This document shows positions 7,885-14,204 of a stretch of 21,756 nt of DNA, piece by piece. Position 1 is the first letter of the stretch. Each line of letters begins with the position of its first letter. Source of the stretch: Candidatus Heimdallarchaeota archaeon (lineage in GTDB: Archaea; Asgardarchaeota; Heimdallarchaeia; Hodarchaeales; Hodarchaeaceae); assembly GCA_020353515.1 (NCBI GenBank), contig CP070695.1, positions 151,234 to 172,989 of the forward strand, in the 5' to 3' direction. Under the pieces are notes generated by a model that saw nothing but the letters and a program-made list of their open reading frames with translations, was not told the DNA's origin and made no database searches. Position numbers and translations under genes: made by a program.

Positions 7885-8394
7885 ATGAAAACATTGGTAA
7901 TTGTGGATATGCAGAATGATTTTTTTGATGAAGCAATTACTTTGATTGATAATCCAATGTATAATTGTAATCATAATGTAGAATATATTATTCCAGTCAT
8001 CCAAGGTTTAGTTGCGCACGCAATTAAGTTACATTGGCCAATCATATTTGTCGAATATACTGGCTTCGGCAAAACAATGGAAGAAATATATGAATTAACA
8101 GAAAGCTATCGAAAACAACAAACTATCCCTAAAAATGAACCAAATGGTGCACCAGCAATACTAAACACAGTTCAAAACAAGAATTGGCCATTAAATATCA
8201 TAGTTTGTGGACTATATGGAAATGTATGTGTTTCAGAAACAGTTGCTGGATTATTGTATTTAACAAATGAAATAACAATATCGATAATCACAGATGCTGT
8301 CTGGCCAGATTATTGTTCTAGAACTAAAAATGGAGAAGAAATATTAATAATATCCGATAAAATTTTAAGAGAATCATCGTGTGCTGTAAAATAA
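7885..8394 (+). CDS. isochorismatase / cysteine hydrolase family protein (nicotinamidase-like fold)
   Basis: N-terminal LVIVDMQNDF (catalytic Asp), Lys in IPKNE, and VCGLYGNVCVSET (catalytic Cys) fit the Asp-Lys-Cys triad. Confidence 0.8.
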   Translation: MKTLVIVDMQNDFFDEAITLIDNPMYNCNHNVEYIIPVIQGLVAHAIKLHWPIIFVEYTGFGKTMEEIYELTESYRKQQTIPKNEPNGAPAILNTVQNKNWPLNIIVCGLYGNVCVSETVAGLLYLTNEITISIITDAVWPDYCSRTKNGEEILIISDKILRESSCAVK

Positions 8395-8648
8395 TTAGGA
8401 GGAAACTTTTGAATATTATCGCAAAAAAAATAATTAATAATCAACTTTTATCTCTTGAAGAAGCAGAAAAGGTTTATGATGATCTTACTACACTAGAATC
8501 AACTGGAGTGTGGGAAAAACCAGACTGGGCAATAGATTTATCTAGGATATATCACGTTGGACCAGCAACTCACGAAGTTATTAGTGCGGGGTGGAAAGCA
8601 CTAGCTAAAGCATTTAGATCAAAAATTGTTGTGAGGAGATCAAAATGA
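8379..8648 (+). CDS. hypothetical protein
   Basis: GTG start overlapping the upstream gene; ATGA overlap downstream. Confidence 0.55.
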   Translation: MCCKIIRRKLLNIIAKKIINNQLLSLEEAEKVYDDLTTLESTGVWEKPDWAIDLSRIYHVGPATHEVISAGWKALAKAFRSKIVVRRSK

Positions 8649-8908
8649 CATTAGAAGAAGAATTGGGTTTTAGTATAAAACTTACCAGAGAAAATTTGGC
8701 ACACAGATGTAGAGAATTATCTTCAAGACTGTCTCGACTAGCAACAAAACTTGAAAGCGATAAGCTTCATGACCATTTAACTATTAATAGTTTGGGAGAA
8801 ATTCAATCAAGCGGGACGATTATAGATGCTACATGTGGCAGATTAAGCGCTATGCTTACTATATATACAAAATTAACGAGTTATAAAGAGGATTCAAATT
8901 TAATTTAA
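8645..8908 (+). CDS. hypothetical helical protein
   Basis: GAGGAG SD and ATGA coupling. Confidence 0.65.
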   Translation: MTLEEELGFSIKLTRENLAHRCRELSSRLSRLATKLESDKLHDHLTINSLGEIQSSGTIIDATCGRLSAMLTIYTKLTSYKEDSNLI

Positions 8909-8922
8909 AAATTATGGATAAT

Positions 8923-8990
8923 TAAGTGGATGTCCACTTATTTTTAAGTTGGGTCGTGTGACCCAGTAGTGTTATCTCTTTTATGGGAGA
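8923..8990 (+). promoter_or_regulatory. structured leader of the Ubl gene: three short inverted repeats, the last occluding the SD
   Basis: TAAGTGGA-tg-TCCACTTA (8923-8940), TGGGTC-gtgt-GACCCA (8950-8965) and TCTCTT-ttat-GGGAGA (8975-8990, two G-U pairs, includes the SD). Confidence 0.45.
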
Positions 8991-8996
8991 AAAATA

Positions 8997-9242
8997 ATGA
9001 TTGAAGTAACTTTGGTATCGAACGATGGTGACGGTGAACAGAAAGTCTATCCAGTTGCTGAAGGAGTCACTTTGGAAGATTTTCTAAGGTTGACTTGTGA
9101 AAGAAATGTTGTGGAAGGCGATGACCATACGGTTCGTGTCCGCTCCAACGGAACGAGCACCGAACCCGATTATGATTACATCCTCCAACACGGCGACAGG
9201 GTGTCTGTGGCGCCCAAGAAAATTGACGGAGGAAGTCGTTAA
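8997..9242 (+). CDS. ubiquitin-like protein (ThiS/MoaD/Ub beta-grasp) with C-terminal GG plus a 2-residue extension
   Basis: GGGAGA SD; beta-grasp pattern IEVTLV...GVTLEDFL...VRV..NG...DYILQHGDRVSVAP; ends KKIDGG-SR (GG codons 9228-9233); first gene of an E2/JAB/E1 cluster. Confidence 0.9.
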   Translation: MIEVTLVSNDGDGEQKVYPVAEGVTLEDFLRLTCERNVVEGDDHTVRVRSNGTSTEPDYDYILQHGDRVSVAPKKIDGGSR

Positions 9243-9261
9243 TTTGTTAGTAACCTCAATT

Positions 9262-9291
9262 GGGTGGGAGGAAACCCCTCCCACCCTTTTG
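9262..9291 (+). terminator. Rho-independent terminator or attenuator after the Ubl gene
   Basis: Perfect 10-bp GC-rich stem GGGTGGGAGG (9262-71) / CCTCCCACCC (9277-86), 5-nt loop AAACC, followed by TTTTG. Confidence 0.8.
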
Positions 9292-9315
9292 TCGTTATAA
9301 TAGAGTTATAGACCA

Positions 9316-10623
9316 ATGGATGCAAAACTTGTACGGCGAGCGGCATTCTTTTACCTAAGATGGCTCAAGAAACAACATTCAAAAAAATGTCTAAGGCCAA
9401 TGTCAGAAATACTTTACTGTCTTTCTTCAATAAATAAAAGAACTAAACTCATAACAAAATGGGTAAATAACTGTATCAAAAGATCATATATTACTAATCA
9501 CCAAAGAACTGAATTAAGACAGTGTAACAACGATTTAATATTGAGCACAAAAACATATAGAACTGTTGCCACACGGATGATTCCAAACCTGACAAACGAT
9601 ATCATAAAACTTCTAAACGAAGTAACCCGTAATTATGATTATGTAACTGAACGTTTTAATCATGAGATACCGTCTTTTGAATCCCTTATTCAAGAAGTTA
9701 ATGTGGTCAACAATTCTTGGGATGGAGTAGACTTTAAAGACGGAAAATTGTCTATCGTAACCAGAAACATTTTACTAGAACATAAAGGAAACTGGGTAGA
9801 TTTGGGAAAATTCAGGATCTGTTTAAATCTTAATTCTGGTAAACTGATAATAAACTCGCTAAATAAAATTGAATCGAGTGGTGGATTTTACCATCCTCAC
9901 GTTAAAGGGGGAGAATTGTGTTTTGGGGATGGTGATTTTCAAGCAGTAGAAGCACTGTCATCGGGAAAGCTAGAGGATTATTTTGTCACTATAGAAACAA
10001 TACTTAACACCTATAACCACGACTCCCCACATGAAAGTTTAACAGAATGGTATAATCCAGATCATGATGAAGAATTTGAGTGCGATGAATGTGGAGAATG
10101 GACCCCATTAGATAATAGAATAGACTGTCCTGTATGTGGCGGATTATGGTGTAATAGTTGTTGTTACTATGATGATGGTACATGTACTGACTGCGGATAT
10201 TTCCGGTGCTTAAGCTGTCAATATTTATGCGACCAATGCGAAAGTATCTTGTGCGAAAATTGTCGTATAATATGTACATGCGGTCATAGAACTTGCGGAA
10301 ATTGCACTACCGAATGTGAACGTTGTTCGGAAAATATATGTGACGAATGCCGTAAATTGTGTACGAATTGCGATGATGGTTTTTGTCCAGATTGTGCTGA
10401 AAAATGTGAATGTTGCGGGGAATATTTCTGTAAATTGTGCTCAATCTTCGAAGCATGTGAGGAATGTGGAAAAGAAATATGCGATGGATGCCAGTCATCT
10501 TGTAATGAATGCCAAAAACCTCTATGCAACGATTGCGCAAAAAATGAATGTGAACATTGTGGTATATGCATGTGCGAATTTTGTGAGGATGAACATAATT
10601 GTATACTAGAAGGTGTATCATAA
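9316..10623 (+). CDS. prokaryotic E2 (UBC-fold) ubiquitin-conjugating-like protein with an N-terminal helical region and a C-terminal Cys-rich repeat array
   Basis: YHPHVKGGELCFGD (H193-H195, C202 at codon 9919-21) matches the E2 HPN-x-GxIC signature, followed by ILNTYNHDSP. About 10 CxxC-x4-CxxC units lie in the array at 10081-10620. Sits between the Ubl and JAB genes. Confidence 0.75.
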   Translation: MDAKLVRRAAFFYLRWLKKQHSKKCLRPMSEILYCLSSINKRTKLITKWVNNCIKRSYITNHQRTELRQCNNDLILSTKTYRTVATRMIPNLTNDIIKLLNEVTRNYDYVTERFNHEIPSFESLIQEVNVVNNSWDGVDFKDGKLSIVTRNILLEHKGNWVDLGKFRICLNLNSGKLIINSLNKIESSGGFYHPHVKGGELCFGDGDFQAVEALSSGKLEDYFVTIETILNTYNHDSPHESLTEWYNPDHDEEFECDECGEWTPLDNRIDCPVCGGLWCNSCCYYDDGTCTDCGYFRCLSCQYLCDQCESILCENCRIICTCGHRTCGNCTTECERCSENICDECRKLCTNCDDGFCPDCAEKCECCGEYFCKLCSIFEACEECGKEICDGCQSSCNECQKPLCNDCAKNECEHCGICMCEFCEDEHNCILEGVS

Positions 10624-10636
10624 GGGTAATAATAAA

Positions 10637-11452
10637 ATGGAAATAGAAACTATAAAACCTAAAACAACATATGAAAATATCCTAAGATTTACTCCATATG
10701 CATATGCAAAATTATTATATATGCAAAATGCCGGCCCGACAGAAGTAGCAGGGTTCTGTGTAACCGGAACAGAAGATGCATTATTAGTTACCGATTTCAT
10801 TTTAATTAAGCAAAATTGCACACAGGTATCATTTGACCTAGACAAAGAAGATATCGCTGAATATCAAGAAAGAATGGTAGATAATGGACTAGAAGTTTGG
10901 CAATTTGCTAGAATATTAGCACACACACATCCCGGAAATTCACCGCAACCAAGCCGGACTGATGAGGAAAATTTTAAAAATGTTTTTACAAGACCAAGCT
11001 GGGCAATAATGTTTATTATAGCCGAAGATAAATCAACATATTGCAAACTAAAAATAAGTGTAGGGCCTGGTGTTCAAGTAATTTTAAAAACACAAGTAGA
11101 TTTCACACAACAGTTTGCAGCCAGTGATTTTCCAGAATGGGAAAAAGAATATAACGAAAAAGTAATAAAAGACACTATCTGGCAGGATGATATAGACAAA
11201 CATAAAATGTGGTGGGACCAAGAGCGTAGTATTTTTGGATACGATGACGAACTAGATGAACTTGATTGTCGGTGGGACCAAGATGGTAATGTTATATTCT
11301 TAGATGATGACGGTAATGAATATTATTATGACCCAATAAATAAAGAGTGGTTCATAGAAAATGAAAATGAAAATTTCCTTAGACAAATCTCTGAACCCAG
11401 AACTAATTGGGTTTCAAAAGTAAAAAAGTGGTCACAAAAATATGCTAATTAA
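10637..11452 (+). CDS. JAB/JAMM (MPN+) metallopeptidase; deubiquitinase or Ubl-maturing enzyme
   Basis: Catalytic Glu in PTEVAGF and an exact HxH-x7-S-x2-D motif HTHPGNSPQPSRTD (10922-10963). ATG 10637 preferred over GTG 10613. Confidence 0.9.
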   Translation: MEIETIKPKTTYENILRFTPYAYAKLLYMQNAGPTEVAGFCVTGTEDALLVTDFILIKQNCTQVSFDLDKEDIAEYQERMVDNGLEVWQFARILAHTHPGNSPQPSRTDEENFKNVFTRPSWAIMFIIAEDKSTYCKLKISVGPGVQVILKTQVDFTQQFAASDFPEWEKEYNEKVIKDTIWQDDIDKHKMWWDQERSIFGYDDELDELDCRWDQDGNVIFLDDDGNEYYYDPINKEWFIENENENFLRQISEPRTNWVSKVKKWSQKYAN

Positions 11453-11485
11453 ACGTAATTCTACCAACTAATGCGGAGTAATAAA

Positions 11486-12154
11486 ATGTTGAATCTAAAT
11501 AATAGAAATATCAGATACAAAGAACTAATTCCAGAAGAAAAATTAAACTCAATTCAAGCAACAGTCGTCGGGGTCGGTGCTATTGGAAGACAAGTTGTAT
11601 TACAACTGGCAGCCATCGGTGTCCCCCATATTAGCATTATAGATTTTGACACCGTTGGTGTAGAAAACTTGGGAACCCAAGGATTCCACGAAAGTGATAT
11701 AGGTAGATTTAAGGTCGACGCAGTATCTGATATATGTAGAGCAATCAATTCTAAAATAAATATAAATCCATCAAATACCAAATTTAGACCAATACAATTT
11801 ATAGGTGGAATATTGTTCTGTTGTGTAGATAGAATTGACACTAGAAAATCAATTTATAATGCAATTGGCCATCGTTGCGATTTATTCGTTGACGGCAGAA
11901 TGAGTGCTGAATATTTGAGAGTATTAAGCGCTTTTGATGATAAATCAAGAGAATATTATCTAACCACACTATTCCCCCAACAAGAAGCTTATGTTGGCTC
12001 ATGTACTGCCCAAACAACAATTTACTGCGCAAATATCGCAGCAGGATTTATGGTGGCGCAATTTATCAAGTGGTTGAGAGGATGTAATTTAGATATGGAT
12101 GTAGATATAAATCTTTTAACGAATGAGATGGGGGTTCATCAATATGAGAAATGA
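11486..12154 (+). CDS. ThiF/MoeB/HesA family E1-like adenylyltransferase
   Basis: GVGAIG nucleotide-binding loop, DFDTVGVENLGTQ, FKVDA, CVD and DGRM motifs; Cys in GSCTAQ at the crossover-loop position. GGAG SD supports ATG 11486 (ORF track 11471). Confidence 0.9.
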   Translation: MLNLNNRNIRYKELIPEEKLNSIQATVVGVGAIGRQVVLQLAAIGVPHISIIDFDTVGVENLGTQGFHESDIGRFKVDAVSDICRAINSKININPSNTKFRPIQFIGGILFCCVDRIDTRKSIYNAIGHRCDLFVDGRMSAEYLRVLSAFDDKSREYYLTTLFPQQEAYVGSCTAQTTIYCANIAAGFMVAQFIKWLRGCNLDMDVDINLLTNEMGVHQYEK

Positions 12155-12238
12155 TACTAATGCATTAGCTAAAGTGGTAAATCTAAAGCCAATCTTTGTC
12201 CTCGCCAAGCAAGAATTAGAAATGGATTGAAACCGTGC

Positions 12239-13024
12239 ATGAATAATTCGTTAAATTATGATTATTGGTACAATGTATGGAGAAATAGTAAAGAATCAAG
12301 TGCATGTATTGTGAGAGTTACAAATAAATGTGATCAACAATGCAGACACTGCGCTTTTCGATCTAGCCCATATAATACAGGTCAAATATCTATCGATAAT
12401 TGTGCCAAAATTAATAAGTGGCTTCCTGAAAAAATAGTAATGAATATTATGGGAGGAGAATTTTCAATTCTTCATGACTATGAAAGTATATTAATTGCGT
12501 TATCGCAATATAGATTGAAAGTTGGTATTGTAACAAATGGATTTTGGTCCAAAAATAAACATGAGATTTCAAGATTCATTTCTACCATTAAAACAATAAC
12601 AAAGACTTGCAACGAAGTAATAGTTTGTGTTGCAAATGATCAATGGCACAAAAAATATCCTCAAACAGAATCATTACTAAGAAAAAATAAATTAGATATA
12701 GAAATACAAATTAAAGAAGAATTACCTATTCATAAAATAGTTAGAATAGGAAGGGCATGGGATAATAAAATCAATAAATCAACATCCAATCATCAGTCAT
12801 GTAGAATAATGTCAAATCTAACCATAATAGAAAATGGAATGATAACAAGATGTCCTTATGGATACTTTCCATGGAGACATTTTACAGAAACATCATGGTA
12901 TGATGCACAAGAATATATTTGGGGGTGGAGGTCGGAAAAATTATCGGAGGGAATGACTTGTTCTTTGTGTATGGAGTGTGATTATGCAAATACCCAAAAT
13001 ACAATCGATTCAAATAATATTTGA
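12239..13024 (+). CDS. radical SAM protein with a C-terminal SPASM/twitch-like Cys region
   Basis: TNKCDQQCRHC (CxxxCxxC), MGGE and VTNGFW motifs; C-terminal C..CPY..CSLC. Start uncertain (TTG 12227 or ATG 12239). Confidence 0.85.
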   Translation: MNNSLNYDYWYNVWRNSKESSACIVRVTNKCDQQCRHCAFRSSPYNTGQISIDNCAKINKWLPEKIVMNIMGGEFSILHDYESILIALSQYRLKVGIVTNGFWSKNKHEISRFISTIKTITKTCNEVIVCVANDQWHKKYPQTESLLRKNKLDIEIQIKEELPIHKIVRIGRAWDNKINKSTSNHQSCRIMSNLTIIENGMITRCPYGYFPWRHFTETSWYDAQEYIWGWRSEKLSEGMTCSLCMECDYANTQNTIDSNNI

Positions 13025-13322
13025 ATTACCAGATTGGACAACAGAAGACAAATTCGATCAAGAAATCCCTATCTATTATGAAAAGGGCCATATACGAGAA
13101 GGGCAAATAAAAACATATGAATTTAAAAATTATATGTCGAAACAATTATTCTCAATATCAACAAACAATATAAAGATTGTAGAAACCTGTTTAATTCCTG
13201 GTTATGCTAGTGTTACTGTACAATTTTGTTGCTCAGTTAATGATCTAAAAAAGCAAATCCATTTATTTCAGCATAAATCACAAAAACTTCTTATAAATTT
13301 ATACAAAGAATTAGAAACATAA
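12984..13322 (+). CDS. hypothetical protein
   Basis: GGAG SD at 12973 supports ATG 12984. Confidence 0.6.
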   Translation: MQIPKIQSIQIIFELPDWTTEDKFDQEIPIYYEKGHIREGQIKTYEFKNYMSKQLFSISTNNIKIVETCLIPGYASVTVQFCCSVNDLKKQIHLFQHKSQKLLINLYKELET

Positions 13323-13388
13323 TAGTAAGAAATTCATATAATAATATGGGAATGTTTATTTTTTAATCAATTTAATGGAGAAAAAACG

Positions 13389-13658
13389 ATGTCTTGGGAA
13401 CAAATAAAAACAACGATGTTTAGGTGGGTTAGAAAGGAAGTTCGTAAACATGGAGCAGAATTAATCGAAGAAGTTACTAATCGTTTTGATCGAATGATAG
13501 AAGAACTTTCTGAGGGAATCTCTCATTGCGAAACAGAATGCGACCAAATTAAATCACAAATTCATTCACTAACAGAAAGAGACAATAAATTGTGTCAATT
13601 AATTGATCGCGCTGAGAAAATTTCCAATAATCTGAAAGCACTGGTTGCAAAAGAATAA
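13389..13658 (+). CDS. coiled-coil hypothetical protein
   Basis: GGAG SD; heptad pattern in the C-terminal half. Confidence 0.7.
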   Translation: MSWEQIKTTMFRWVRKEVRKHGAELIEEVTNRFDRMIEELSEGISHCETECDQIKSQIHSLTERDNKLCQLIDRAEKISNNLKALVAKE

Positions 13659-13738
13659 AAATGCCAAATTCAAAACGTCCACATTACAACTAATAAAAGA
13701 TTTTGATTGTAGTTAAATCGTTTTTTAGGAGAATTGAA

Positions 13739-14002
13739 ATGTCAAATAATAATCCAGCGTTCGACGTTAAAGTTGATCTTTCAAGGGGAGAAACAATAAT
13801 AGTTTTAAAAAATAGCATCCTAGGTGCAATATCACATCAATTAATGGAAACTACAAATAGAAGGAGGGGACATACCATCCTACGAAAATTGGGGCATACT
13901 TTATCAGATTGTGGTGATCTCCAGTACGGAAAGCGTACTATAGAAGATACACAAATTGATCCAAAGAAAGTCGTTTATGAATCAGAAATTAGCAACAGCT
14001 AA
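13739..14002 (+). CDS. hypothetical protein
   Basis: AGGAG SD supports ATG 13739 (MSNNNPAF). Confidence 0.65.
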   Translation: MSNNNPAFDVKVDLSRGETIIVLKNSILGAISHQLMETTNRRRGHTILRKLGHTLSDCGDLQYGKRTIEDTQIDPKKVVYESEISNS

Positions 14003-14189
14003 ATTAAAACAAATTCTTAATAAAGAAGATTCTCAAACAGACGGATTAATTAATAGGAAACCATTAGACAATGAAAACGAGTTAGAAGTACTAATCCAAA
14101 ATATTGCAATATTAGTAGCTTATCTAAGATTTGAAGTAGAAGCAACTCGTAGAGAATTATTTTCTGCAAGAAAATTATTAGAACAATAA
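13977..14189 (+). CDS. small helical protein with a YLRFEVEATRRE motif
   Basis: ATG 13977; the C-terminal motif resembles the 'YLxFDLEATRRE' small proteins I recall from Planctomycetota (unverified). Confidence 0.65.
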   Translation: MNQKLATAKLKQILNKEDSQTDGLINRKPLDNENELEVLIQNIAILVAYLRFEVEATRRELFSARKLLEQ

Positions 14190-14204
14190 TACAGGAGAAT
14201 CAAA

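Noticed and set aside
7885-8394. NAD-reconstitution (NARP) anti-defence pathway based on the nicotinamidase-like gene
   Set aside because: No Nampt, Nmnat, Adps or Namat partner is in the window, and the PncA metal-binding His motif is not evident, so the substrate is unknown.
9097-9300. Alternative + frame ORF overlapping the Ubl gene
   Set aside because: It has no SD, runs through the terminator hairpin, and is explained by the higher local GC.
10004-10621. Several overlapping ORFs (10004-10279, 10284-10571 and 10307-10621 on -, 10316-10609 on +)
   Set aside because: They are by-products of the TGT/TGC-rich Cys-repeat coding sequence of the E2 gene.
8997-12154. Thiamine or molybdopterin sulfur relay (ThiS-ThiF or MoaD-MoeB)
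   Set aside because: No ThiG, MoaE, cysteine synthase or desulfurase is in the window, whereas an E2-like gene and a JAB are present. This is disfavoured, not excluded.
8997-12154. CBASS (Cap2/Cap3) or Pycsar operon
   Set aside because: No CD-NTase, cyclase or effector is visible, E1 and E2 are separate genes, and a dedicated Ubl is present.
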